Notes: generated by a model not told the origin, from the letters alone. A DNA stretch of 64,000 bases from Oligoflexia bacterium (GCA_963758495.1 CAVWVI010000003.1:928001-992000), one strand, 5' to 3'. Shown: positions 10,269 through 19,594, counted from the first letter of the stretch. Made by a program: numbers and translations.

Positions 10269-11209
10269 TGGATACCTACTTGATTCACTAAGCCATCACT
10301 TACCAAAACAAGTCTACGGCTCTTTGCAGTTTCAATGAGTTGATTTCGATGAGGGCTATTGGGTTTCATCAAAACCAAGATAGCATCGGATTGAAGAGCT
10401 CCGGCACCCTTCACCCCTAAAACATCGGGCAATTTTCTCAGTGCCTGACGATCCTCAGAAGTAGCCTTCACCTCTAAACCAAACTGAGAAAGAATATCAG
10501 CATATTGATCCATGACTTCTCCAAAGCCTCTCAAATCATGGGAGCGAATGGCCGACATCCCCGTCAATAAGGATTGTTTTAACATAGAAAAAGTTTCTCC
10601 AGAATTGTCGAGAAACCCTTGATCTGACAAAATCTTAAGATGTTCATGAGTCGGTACTTTTCGTCCTGCTTGAGAAGTTGTCGAAAATACCAGCAAACTT
10701 GACCAATCAAATTCAGACCCAAAATTTTTGTAATGCCTTTCAGAGGGATCAAAGAAGCTCACACCCCCTTGCCATTGCGCTACTAAATCAGCCCCACTGG
10801 GAAGCAAAGGCTCATCGCAAGAAAGTTCACGATAAAGATTCCAAGCCTGATTCCAACTGACGTGGTCCTCACCTGCATTCAGACTATGCGCCAAATAAGC
10901 CATGGCAAATTGTGCGGTTGAAGCGCCAAACCCCCCCTCACCGTGAAAAGGATCTTCAAATTGAAAAGGTAAATCTCCTAAATTCATCTTTTTTGCCCAA
11001 ATTTTTAATTTAGAAACAGGAGATTGTGGGTGTATGTGAGTAGTTCCTTTAGGGCTGTTGACAAGCACTGTGAGTTTGAAGCGATCAGGCACCGTGGAGA
11101 CTAGAGCGGGCAATCCCACAAGCACAGCATATTCTCCAAGTAAAAATACTTTACCCGCAATACTGAACTTTTTATATTTACTGGAAGGATGAACTCTGTG
11201 CTGTAACAC
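10253..11209 (-). CDS. GHMP kinase, probable phosphomevalonate kinase (start uncertain)
   Basis: GKVFLLGEY, GFGASTA, PSGAD, KGAGALQSD; lies between mvaA and mvaD. Confidence 0.7.
   Translation of the reverse strand: MLQHRVHPSSKYKKFSIAGKVFLLGEYAVLVGLPALVSTVPDRFKLTVLVNSPKGTTHIHPQSPVSKLKIWAKKMNLGDLPFQFEDPFHGEGGFGASTAQFAMAYLAHSLNAGEDHVSWNQAWNLYRELSCDEPLLPSGADLVAQWQGGVSFFDPSERHYKNFGSEFDWSSLLVFSTTSQAGRKVPTHEHLKILSDQGFLDNSGETFSMLKQSLLTGMSAIRSHDLRGFGEVMDQYADILSQFGLEVKATSEDRQALRKLPDVLGVKGAGALQSDAILVLMKPNSPHRNQLIETAKSRRLVLVSDGLVNQVGIQCHNS
11042..11074 (-). repeat. Dispersed repeat family, copy embedded in frame in the GHMP kinase CDS
   Basis: AGTTCCTTTAGGGCTGTTGACAAGCACTGTGAG; translated on the minus strand as LTVLVNSPKGT. 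Confidence 0.75.
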
Positions 11210-12476
11210 GCAATGCCCCTAAAATTTCTTTTGCATGACTTAAATTAATTGTTTTCTCAACAAGCAACACTTGAGCGAGTTTATCTCGAACTTGGGCTAC
11301 TTCGTGAATTTCTGCTCCCGCCGCGATGGCGAGATTGGCCGCATGAAGTTGCATATGCCCCTTCACAATACCCACTGTCGCCAGAGCCTTTAAAGCTCCC
11401 AAGTTTTGGACAAGTCCAGCAGCTGCACAAATTCGAGCTAATTCTTCAGCTTTTGTGATTTGAAGAATCTTTAACGCCACCCGTGCTGTGGGATGGATTC
11501 GGGTCACTCCGCCCACGGTGCCCACTGCCAAAGGTATTTCAATTCGTCCTAATAAATCAGAGCCTTCCATATACCAAGTCGTGACTGGCTCGTATTTTCC
11601 ACTTCTCGCCGCATAAGCATGAATACCAGCTTCTACAGCACGCCAATCATTGCCCGTCGCAATCAGAATAGGATCAATTCCATTTAACACACCTTTATTA
11701 TGTGTTGCTGCACGATAGGAGTCTGCTTTAGCAAAAAGAGTAGCTTCTTGAATTCCCTTGCCCACTTTCTCGTCTATATTTCGAATAATGACTTCCGCCA
11801 CAACCAATTTAGTGTCGACTAAATTGGAAAGAATACAAAGTCCTACACGTTCTCCCGTAAGTTCTTCCATTCGAGGCTTCAGGGCTTCGCAAATCTGATT
11901 AATTAAATTCGCTCCCATCGCATCGCACGGGTCGCAGAGAACATGAATGACTAACATGGTCCCGTCTCCGGTTGGACGCTCTATTTCTCTCACCGCAAGA
12001 TCCCGAACCCCCCCCCCTCGGTTGACAAGTCCAGGAATACAAGCATTAGCCAATCCGAGTAATAATGAGCGATTATCATGGAGGACTTGGCGAGCGCTTT
12101 TAACATTTTTAACACTCGGAAACTGAACCTGCCCGATGATTAAATTCCCCTTTGAATAAGTCCGAATACTCCCTTCTCTACGAATCCATTTAGCAGTCGC
12201 ACTCGCCGCCGCAATAATAGAAGTCTCTTCGACGGCCATCGGAATCAATACATCCCTTCCATCAATCGTGAAATTAGTCGCCACCCCCAATGGAATAGGA
12301 AAATAACCGAGAACATTTTCAATCAGATGCTCCGCAACTTCAGTGGAAGGAGGGGTCTTACCCGAAAGAATATTCAGATCATCTTCTGAAAGATTGCAAA
12401 GCTGTTGGACTCGCTCCAATCGCTCTAGGCGAGAAAGACGGTGAAATCTCTCAGTTAAATATCGCTTCGTTTCCAT
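11178..12476 (-). CDS. mvaA: Class II HMG-CoA reductase
   Basis: ENVLG, PMAVEETS, DAMGAN, ATHNKG, GNDWRAVEA, GHMQLHA; ATG at 12476 has an SD. Confidence 0.95.
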   Translation of the reverse strand: METKRYLTERFHRLSRLERLERVQQLCNLSEDDLNILSGKTPPSTEVAEHLIENVLGYFPIPLGVATNFTIDGRDVLIPMAVEETSIIAAASATAKWIRREGSIRTYSKGNLIIGQVQFPSVKNVKSARQVLHDNRSLLLGLANACIPGLVNRGGGVRDLAVREIERPTGDGTMLVIHVLCDPCDAMGANLINQICEALKPRMEELTGERVGLCILSNLVDTKLVVAEVIIRNIDEKVGKGIQEATLFAKADSYRAATHNKGVLNGIDPILIATGNDWRAVEAGIHAYAARSGKYEPVTTWYMEGSDLLGRIEIPLAVGTVGGVTRIHPTARVALKILQITKAEELARICAAAGLVQNLGALKALATVGIVKGHMQLHAANLAIAAGAEIHEVAQVRDKLAQVLLVEKTINLSHAKEILGALRVTAQSSSFQ

Positions 12477-13510
12477 ACATTTTCCTTCCCACGCAAAACG
12501 CTGCAATCCGCTGAACCTGTGCAAAATAGCGCCACTTTCAATTCAAACTCTTGGGTTTGCATCCAAAACCTTAACTTCTCCGGCCCCGCTAAGGCCATCT
12601 CTAAAGCGGGCTTTGCATATCCTACGCGTTGTGCTCCTATAGCAATCAACTTGGCCGCATCCAGACCTGTCCTCACCCCTCCGGATGCCCAAAGTTCTGT
12701 TCCTGACATCACCGCTGCAGCCGAAATCACGGACTGAACCGTAGACTCTCCCCAATTTGCAAAAGTATGAGATGCAAGCCTTTGTAGAGACACAGAATCA
12801 GCACGTGCCCCTTCAATTCTCCCCCAATGAGTGCCTCCCAAACCACTGACATCAATAGCAGCTAAACCCACTCCAGCAAGACGCTCCAAAGTTGAACGAG
12901 AAAATCCACATCCTGTCTCCTTGAGCACCACAGGATATTCAAATTCCGCACAATATCTACGCAATGCATCTAATCCTCCTCGGAATTGGGGGGTTCCCTC
13001 GGGCTGCATGGCTTCTTGTAATGCGTTTGTGTGAACCACTAGAGCTTGCGCTCCCAAATCCTTAACTAATTTCCGGACTCTAGACATATCTGCGCTAATT
13101 AACTGGCTGATCCCCAGATTGGCAAAAAGCGTCAAATCAGGAACTTCATCCCGTAGATCTCTCCAATGATCGAGGGTCTCTCCATCTTGAGTCTCCAAAT
13201 CACGTCGTTGGGATCCAACCCCCATAGCCCATCCACGCTCCTGACAAGCGTGCGCCAAGATACGATTAATATGAGGTGCATTTTCATGACCAGCGGTCAT
13301 GCCCGCGACATAAAAGGGTGTTTGTAAAGACTTTCCCAAGCAAAGAGCATCGAGTTGAATTTCTTGAAAATCAAGTTCTGGAAGCGCCTCATGAATCAAA
13401 TGAAACTTTTCCAGTCCACTTAACCCCTGAGCTTGGTGATCCAAGCTCAACGAGTATTGGATATGCTCTCGTTTACGAGACTCAAACTGGTTGGTGTTCA
13501 TAAGCGGCAC
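12455..13510 (-). CDS. fni: Type 2 isopentenyl-diphosphate delta-isomerase (FMN-dependent)
   Basis: RKREHI, HEALPELD, MTAG, GVGSQR, KETGCG, DVSGLGGT, SGGVRTGLD. Confidence 0.95.
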   Translation of the reverse strand: MPLMNTNQFESRKREHIQYSLSLDHQAQGLSGLEKFHLIHEALPELDFQEIQLDALCLGKSLQTPFYVAGMTAGHENAPHINRILAHACQERGWAMGVGSQRRDLETQDGETLDHWRDLRDEVPDLTLFANLGISQLISADMSRVRKLVKDLGAQALVVHTNALQEAMQPEGTPQFRGGLDALRRYCAEFEYPVVLKETGCGFSRSTLERLAGVGLAAIDVSGLGGTHWGRIEGARADSVSLQRLASHTFANWGESTVQSVISAAAVMSGTELWASGGVRTGLDAAKLIAIGAQRVGYAKPALEMALAGPEKLRFWMQTQEFELKVALFCTGSADCSVLRGKENVWKRSDI

Positions 13511-13650
13511 ACTCTACCTTATTTTTCGCTTGGATGCGACGGCATTTCTACCTAAGCGAGGGGGCGACAACCATGAAATAGGACCCTATTCAACGCTTTA
13601 CTTTGATAATCACTTTGTCAGAGGCTCCTCATAACTGCTAGATTGACAGA

Positions 13651-14763
13651 ATGCGGGTTCGGAAAAGGCAGCTTAGGCCTCTTTTGCTTATTATTACGGG
13701 GGTCATTATTGTAACAAAAGTCGTAGCATTATCCCCTTCCACGCTCGAAGAAAGCAAGTCGGCAGCCTCTCCTATAGATCCTGAGACACTCGTCCTCGAT
13801 CATGAGCCTACTCTGATTCCTGGATTGCCGCAAAATAGAATTGCAGAGTACAGTATTCAGAAGTTCACTTATGTCTCTGTTCAAAATGGAGAAAAACAAT
13901 GGAGAATTGAAGCTGCAAGTGCCTTTCTCTATAATCCTGAACGATTGGTTCATGCTCGAGGGGTAAAAGCTTATCTCTATGATCCTGAAGGCAAGATCAC
14001 CGTGGTTACAGGTCTTGAAGCCAAGTATTTTTTAAATCAAAAAGACTTAGAAGTTTTCGGTAATGTGAAAACGGTATTTCCGGATGGTTTTGAGCTTTAT
14101 AGTGAATACCTTCAATACAAGCCTAAAGAGAGCCGTATCTTTATTCCCAAACAATATTTAGCACATGGAGTGGGCCAAGAAAACATAGGTCAAAGCTTTC
14201 AATTTAATAGTCATGGCTTGGATTATTATATGGGCCAATCTCAAATCACACTCCAAGAAGACGTCACTGTTAAATTAGCCCGTAATTCGCCTCAGACTCC
14301 TGAGTCGACTGAGACCCCTAAAAATGAAAAAGCACCCGGGGTTCCTGATGTAACCACCATTGAATCCGACCACTGTCTGATCAACCGCAAAAATAATTTA
14401 GCAAAGTTCACAATGAATCCAAACCGCCCTCTAAAAACACGCTTTGTCCACATTACCCAACCCTCTCTTTTCGTAAAGGCACGGCGCGCTGATTTGAATT
14501 ATGGAAACTTTAGTCAGGTGCTTCAGTATCTCACTGCCTATGATGATGTCTTAGTCAAAGAGAAAGGATCCGAAACATCTCTCCGCTATGCTACTGGAGG
14601 AAGAGCAGATTTCGATACTCATAGGGACGTCATTGTCATTAGTCAATTTCCTCAGGTTTACCAAGGCGAAGACACGGTCACTGGAGACCTTATTTTAATG
14701 CATAGAGATACAGATGTAATTGAAATTGAACATAGCAATGCATTTAGTGAAGGAAGCGAATAA
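13651..14763 (+). CDS. lptC: LPS export periplasmic protein LptC, extended (possible LptC-LptA fusion)
   Basis: N-terminal TM segment, GEKQWRIEA..A, beta-jellyroll pattern, LptA-like C-terminus PQVYQGEDTVTGDLI; directly upstream of lptB. Confidence 0.65.
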   Translation: MRVRKRQLRPLLLIITGVIIVTKVVALSPSTLEESKSAASPIDPETLVLDHEPTLIPGLPQNRIAEYSIQKFTYVSVQNGEKQWRIEAASAFLYNPERLVHARGVKAYLYDPEGKITVVTGLEAKYFLNQKDLEVFGNVKTVFPDGFELYSEYLQYKPKESRIFIPKQYLAHGVGQENIGQSFQFNSHGLDYYMGQSQITLQEDVTVKLARNSPQTPESTETPKNEKAPGVPDVTTIESDHCLINRKNNLAKFTMNPNRPLKTRFVHITQPSLFVKARRADLNYGNFSQVLQYLTAYDDVLVKEKGSETSLRYATGGRADFDTHRDVIVISQFPQVYQGEDTVTGDLILMHRDTDVIEIEHSNAFSEGSE

Positions 14764-15497
14764 TGGAAAGATCAATTCATACTCTCCAGGCAGTTAATAT
14801 AGCGAAAAGCTACAAAGGAAGGCGAGTAGTCAAAGAGGTTACTTTTGAAGTGGAAGCTGGACAAATCGTCGGACTCTTAGGCCCCAATGGAGCGGGCAAG
14901 ACGACATCATTTTACATGGTTGTTGGCTTAGTGCGTCCAGAAGCGGGGAAAATTCTCTTTAATAATTCAGAAATCACGAACTGGCCAATGCACAGACGAG
15001 CACAAAAAGGCATTGCTTATCTTCCTCAAGAAGCATCCGTTTTTCGACGAATGACAGTCGAGGACAATATTTTGAGTGTCTTAGAAATGCTGCCACTATC
15101 CCATATTGAGCGACGAGAGCGGCTTCAACTCCTTTTAGATGAATTTAATATTAACTCAATCGCAAGGCAAAAAGCATACACCCTTTCTGGAGGGGAGCGT
15201 CGAAGAGTTGAAGTAGCTCGTGCATTAGCAATTAATCCGGTATTCCTTTTGCTAGATGAGCCGTTTGCAGGTATTGATCCTATTGCCGTAGCGGACATAC
15301 AAAAAATGATTCAAGTTTTAAAAAAGCGAGGTATAGGCATTTTAATTACAGATCATAACGTCCGAGAAACATTAGAAATTTGTGATTTGGGTTATTTGTT
15401 AAGTGATGGTAAAATAGTAGAGAAGGGAACTCCTCAAGAGATTACCCAAAGTCGCACTGCACGGGAAATCTATTTAGGAGAAAATTTCCAATTTTGA
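14763..15497 (+). CDS. lptB: LPS export ABC transporter ATPase
   Basis: GPNGAGKTTSFYMVVG, YLPQEASVFR, LSGGERRRVE, DEPFAGIDP, TDHNVRETL. Confidence 0.97.
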   Translation: MERSIHTLQAVNIAKSYKGRRVVKEVTFEVEAGQIVGLLGPNGAGKTTSFYMVVGLVRPEAGKILFNNSEITNWPMHRRAQKGIAYLPQEASVFRRMTVEDNILSVLEMLPLSHIERRERLQLLLDEFNINSIARQKAYTLSGGERRRVEVARALAINPVFLLLDEPFAGIDPIAVADIQKMIQVLKKRGIGILITDHNVRETLEICDLGYLLSDGKIVEKGTPQEITQSRTAREIYLGENFQF

Positions 15498-15537
15498 CCC
15501 TAACTTGGCAGAAGGTAAAAAGGTAAAAGATCACATC

Positions 15538-17025
15538 ATGGCATTAGAGATTAAACAAAGCCTGAAACTGAGCCAACAACTCGTAATGACTCCACAGCTT
15601 CAACAAGCAATCAAATTGCTGCAGCTGAATCGAATGGAGCTTCAAGAAGTAGTGACTCAAGAAATGATGGAAAATCCGATTCTGGAGGAGTTAGCAGAAA
15701 CTCCAGAAGGTGAACAAGCTTCACTTGCGGCATCTTCCGAAACACAACAAGATCCAGAAGCAGAACAACTTCGAGACGAAGAGTCGTTTATCAAAGCCAA
15801 ACCCCAAGAAGAGCAGCTCGTAGCTGGCAAAGATGATTTTAATTGGGAATCCTACGTAGAAGAATTTAATTCCTCTTCAAGCTCCACCCCTTCGATGCGT
15901 GAGATTAATGAAGAACTCCCCAGCTTTGAAAATGTCCTCACTAAAACGACTTCATTAGAAGACCATCTTGCCTGGCAGCTTTCAATGATTTCCATCACCC
16001 AAGAAGAGAAAAAACTGGGTGAACTCATCATTGGAAACTTATCCGATGATGGTTATCTCAATGCAAATTTAGAAGAGCTTTCCAAAGAAGCCGGTCTTGA
16101 ACTTGAAGATGCTGAAGAAGTCTTAAAAATCGTGCAGAATTTTGACCCCCTTGGGGTAGGATCCCGCAATTTGCAAGAGTGTCTCTCCATTCAAGCTCGA
16201 TTCATGGTCCCTAGACATCCTCTTGTCGAAACCATTATCGAACATCACTTAGGTGATTTAGAACGAAAAAACTATGGAGCCATCGCCAAGGCTCTCATGA
16301 TTACTCTCGATAAGGTCATTGAAGCAACTAAGCTTATTTTGGAGTTTGAACCTAAACCCGGAAGATCGTTTCACAGCAGTGATACTCAGTATATTACACC
16401 GGATATTTATGTTTACAAAGTGGCTGACGAATTCATGATTGTTCTCAACGAGGACGGCATGCCCAAGCTTCGAATTTCGCCTTATTATAAAAATATATTA
16501 GCTTCAGCCCAAAGAGATCAAAATAAAGTAACGAAAGAATACGTTCAAGATAAACTCAGATCTGCAGTCTGGCTGATCCGCTCGATCCACAATCGACAGA
16601 AGACCATTTACAAAGTAACTGAAGCCATTGTGAGACGTCAGCGAGAATTTTTTGAAAAGGGCGTCCAGCAACTCAAGCCCATGATTCTCAAAGATGTCGC
16701 AAACGATATCGGTATGCATGAATCCACGATTTCACGCGTAACCACGAATAAATTCGTACACACTCCCGTAGGAATCTTTGAGTTGAAGTACTTTTTCAAT
16801 TCGAGCATCAGCGCTGCAGACGGAAGTGATTCTCTGGCAAGTGAAGCAGTGAAGGAAAAGATTCGACAGATGATTCAACGAGAAGATCAAAAAAATCCTC
16901 TTTCGGATCAAAAAATTGTCGAACTTTTGAGAATTGAAAATATTGAGATTGCTCGCCGCACCGTTGCAAAATATCGAGATATGCTTGGAATCTTATCATC
17001 AGGGAAGCGAAAGAAGATTATTTAA
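15538..17025 (+). CDS. rpoN: RNA polymerase sigma-54 factor
   Basis: MTPQLQQAIKLLQL, HESTISRVT, RpoN box ARRTVAKYR; ATG at 15538 preferred. Confidence 0.98.
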   Translation: MALEIKQSLKLSQQLVMTPQLQQAIKLLQLNRMELQEVVTQEMMENPILEELAETPEGEQASLAASSETQQDPEAEQLRDEESFIKAKPQEEQLVAGKDDFNWESYVEEFNSSSSSTPSMREINEELPSFENVLTKTTSLEDHLAWQLSMISITQEEKKLGELIIGNLSDDGYLNANLEELSKEAGLELEDAEEVLKIVQNFDPLGVGSRNLQECLSIQARFMVPRHPLVETIIEHHLGDLERKNYGAIAKALMITLDKVIEATKLILEFEPKPGRSFHSSDTQYITPDIYVYKVADEFMIVLNEDGMPKLRISPYYKNILASAQRDQNKVTKEYVQDKLRSAVWLIRSIHNRQKTIYKVTEAIVRRQREFFEKGVQQLKPMILKDVANDIGMHESTISRVTTNKFVHTPVGIFELKYFFNSSISAADGSDSLASEAVKEKIRQMIQREDQKNPLSDQKIVELLRIENIEIARRTVAKYRDMLGILSSGKRKKII

Positions 17026-17102
17026 AAGAGTTAACAGGGGTAAACAATGAGCAAGTGCAGTGCGACTTACTGGACTTGCTCCTACTAGAGGGGGAGAGCC
17101 GT

Positions 17103-17429
17103 ATGAATCTTAACATCAGCTTTAAACATATGGAAACCAGTGAGAACTTAAAAGAGTTTATTGAAGAAAAATCCACTACTCTCCAAAAGTATTTCGACGG
17201 CAAGATCTCCGTCACCTGGAACCTTTCCGCTGAAAAGCTATCCCGCATTGCTCACTGCCATCTTCTTGGCAACAATATGAACTACTTCGGCGAAGCTAGC
17301 ACTGAAGATTTCAAAGCTTCGATTGATTTAGCGCTCGAAAAAATCGAAAAACAGGTCCGTAAACATAAAGAAATTCTAAAAGATCATCATAAATCCGCAC
17401 ACCGGATTAATGGGGCCGTAGAAGAGTAG
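17103..17429 (+). CDS. hpf: Ribosome hibernation promoting factor (HPF/RaiA family)
   Basis: MNLNISFKHMETSENLKEFIEEK, D..ASIDLALEKIEKQVRKHKE; follows rpoN; SD GAGGGGGAG. Confidence 0.9.
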   Translation: MNLNISFKHMETSENLKEFIEEKSTTLQKYFDGKISVTWNLSAEKLSRIAHCHLLGNNMNYFGEASTEDFKASIDLALEKIEKQVRKHKEILKDHHKSAHRINGAVEE

Positions 17430-17520
17430 AACTGTAAGGGGTCCTGTTGCGCCGGGAATCCAAATCTTTACGGCGCAATAAGACCCCTTGCAGTTCTTGT
17501 CCACCACCCTAAAGGAACTG
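17428..17520 (+). repeat. Dispersed palindromic repeat, long copy 2 (70-bp hairpin at 17428-17497 plus tail)
   Basis: AGAACTGTAAGGGGTCCTGTTGCGCCG-GGAATCCAAATCTTTA-CGGCGCAATAAGACCCCTTGCAGTTCT then TGTCCACCACCCTAAAGGAACTG; begins in the hpf stop codon. Confidence 0.85.
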
Positions 17521-17612
17521 AAAATCGATAGAACATTTTTACAAATTAATGCCAACCCAAATGGCACCTTCTAAGCTTTGCAAAACGATGGGATGAAGCC
17601 TTTCACTTGATC

Positions 17613-18440
17613 TCAAGCTGCCAAGAACTTCCCATTTCGAATTTCCTCGAAAAACTGTGGGTCATCCTCTTCCTGGCGCTTGGAAAGCAGTTCTTGCGCG
17701 TCCTTACCAGCGACGTATCGCAACTGATCAGTCCCATCGGTCGCGGCTTGATAGATCACTTGAGCGACATCCATCGGATCGGAGCCATGAGCACCCAGAA
17801 AAGGGGAGTTATAAAACCCGGCCATTTTCTGATACAGATTCTGGTATTCGACAATGTTCTTGTCATTTATCCAAACAAACTTGAAATCAGTCTTGATAAC
17901 TCCAGGTTCGACAAGCTTAACTTTGACGCCAAATGGCGCCACCTCGTAACTCAAAGCTTCGGAGAGCCCTTCTACCGCGAACTTGCTGCCATGATAGGGT
18001 GCCCCCATTGGAAAGCAGACCCTCCCCGCGACAGAGGAAATATTAATAATGATTCCGTCACGATTTGCACGAAAGATGGGTAAAAAAGCTTTTATGGTCG
18101 CTAACAGGCCAAAAACATTCGTATCGAACTGTTCTTTAATTTTTTCAAGCGGTGTCGCCTCGATTGGGCCGAAAACTCCGAACCCGGCATTATTCAAAAG
18201 TACGTCAACTTTTCCAAAGCGATCGTTTGCTTCTTTTACGGCTGCCTGGATCGATTCCGGGTCGGTGACGTCAAGTCGTGTAACCAGCACACGATCGAGA
18301 TTATTGAGATTGTTGAGTTCAGTCTCCTTTTCCGGACGGCGCATGGTCGCTACGACGTTCCACCCTTTTTCGTGAAACAATTTGGCTGTCGCTTTTCCAA
18401 TGCCACTCGATGAACCTGTTATGAAAATAGTTTTACTCAT
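17613..18440 (-). CDS. Short-chain dehydrogenase/reductase (SDR)
   Basis: TGSSSGIG, NNAG, ISS, YHGSK, VEPG. Confidence 0.93.
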   Translation of the reverse strand: MSKTIFITGSSSGIGKATAKLFHEKGWNVVATMRRPEKETELNNLNNLDRVLVTRLDVTDPESIQAAVKEANDRFGKVDVLLNNAGFGVFGPIEATPLEKIKEQFDTNVFGLLATIKAFLPIFRANRDGIIINISSVAGRVCFPMGAPYHGSKFAVEGLSEALSYEVAPFGVKVKLVEPGVIKTDFKFVWINDKNIVEYQNLYQKMAGFYNSPFLGAHGSDPMDVAQVIYQAATDGTDQLRYVAGKDAQELLSKRQEEDDPQFFEEIRNGKFLAA

Positions 18441-18578
18441 GCCACAAAATAATTGCAGGATTCACTCCAAATTTATTGCCAATTTGGGGTCTGGCGCCTT
18501 CTTTCGCCAGGCGCTCGCCGAACTCGCACATGGCGGGACGATAGGCGAAGGTAGGATAATCAATAAAATACTCTATCT

Positions 18579-18839
18579 CTATCTCTCTCTCAGAAAATAC
18601 TTTGCAATGAGCTGAGCTATTCCTTCAGCGTCTTTAGAAAAACCTTCAAGGGAAATAGAATGAGATCTTCTGGAAAAAGGAAAAATTGAGCATCGCCACA
18701 AATTTGGCTTAGGATCTTTGAAGGTCAAGACCAAAACAAGTTTCGATTTATGGTTATTTATTCTCATATTTTTGACGGTTGAGAAAAAAATTGGATAGTT
18801 CCAACCTGTGTGAGTAAGACCTCCCACAGTCAAATCCAT
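18579..18839 (-). CDS. Hypothetical protein, or C-terminal remnant of the upstream pseudogene
   Basis: 86-aa ORF overlapping the upstream stop (TAATG); no motif recognised. Confidence 0.3.
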   Translation of the reverse strand: MDLTVGGLTHTGWNYPIFFSTVKNMRINNHKSKLVLVLTFKDPKPNLWRCSIFPFSRRSHSISLEGFSKDAEGIAQLIAKYFLRER

Positions 18840-19390
18840 TACACATTTAAAGTGACGTATGCTTCTTGTAATTCAGCATCGCTTTCTTGGGCGATTTCGG
18901 AGAAGAGCGCACCTTGTTTGGATAGCCAGCTTTGAAAAGCGGTAGAAGTATGTTCGCAGTCGATCATTTTTTTAGCGTCATCTGCAGTGATGTTCTCACA
19001 CAAGTTCTGAAGTCTAACGGTTAACGGAGGATGGGAATCCAATGGGTGACTGGTGCTAGTTTCAAAAATGCTTTCGCGAACTTTATCATCAGAAAGAAGA
19101 CTCTTGCCTACAACATCAAGAGATTCTAACCTTTCTTCTGAATTCATTTGAGCATACTGAGAAATGGAATGCTGATATGCCATGCTTAAAATATGTGTTT
19201 TAACAAGAGCGCGAGCCGCAACACGACTTGATACTAGCTGAGCTCCCTTTTTATCGGCAAGAAGCTCACGGTCACGACTAGCGAGCATTTCAGTTTCAAC
19301 AAAGCTTAATATGAAAAATTGCAGAAAGTGTAAACCAGATCTAGCAGCAAAACCAGAATGACTAAGAACAGAGATTATATCAATAGTCCT
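18839..19390 (-). pseudogene. 5'-truncated M48 (HtpX/Ste24) zinc metalloprotease fragment
   Basis: TM segment, then SRDRELLAD..GA, ALVK and SHPPLTVRLQNL. The frame is closed by a stop near 19391-19393, with no HEXXH. Confidence 0.65.
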
Positions 19391-19594
19391 GACTCAGAAG
19401 GAGGGGCAGGATCGGGGGTTTTATAACTCACTGCAATAACGGCATAAATAAATAATAACAAATGGTTAGACGACCAGTGAGCGATACAGAGCGACACTGA
19501 AAGATACCCTTGTATCCTCCGACGTCCCGAAAACATCCCCCATTTAACAATTCAGTGGATGACTGATACAGGACCTAACTATATTGCCTAAAAG

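Noticed and set aside
8306..12017. Homopolymer tracts C9 (8306-8314, mvk) and C10 (12008-12017, mvaA) as phase-variation sites
   Set aside because: Both encode conserved glycine runs (GAGGGG, RGGG) in intact, probably essential genes.
8097..17520. Repeat copies as a CRISPR array or integron attC sites
   Set aside because: Copies are kilobases apart with no spacer periodicity, no cas or intI gene is present, and the ends do not fit RYYYAAC/GTTRRRY.
17562..17577. TGGCAC-CTTCT-AAGC sigma-54-like box after hpf
   Set aside because: The -12 element is poor and there is no plus-strand gene downstream.
17607..18375. Plus-strand ORFs (158, 75 and 108 aa) opposite the SDR
   Set aside because: Antisense shadows of a clear SDR gene.
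18470..18550. GC-rich stretch upstream of the SDR that can read AMCEFGERL (HxlR-like C-terminus)
   Set aside because: Too short and frame-broken to support a pseudogene call.
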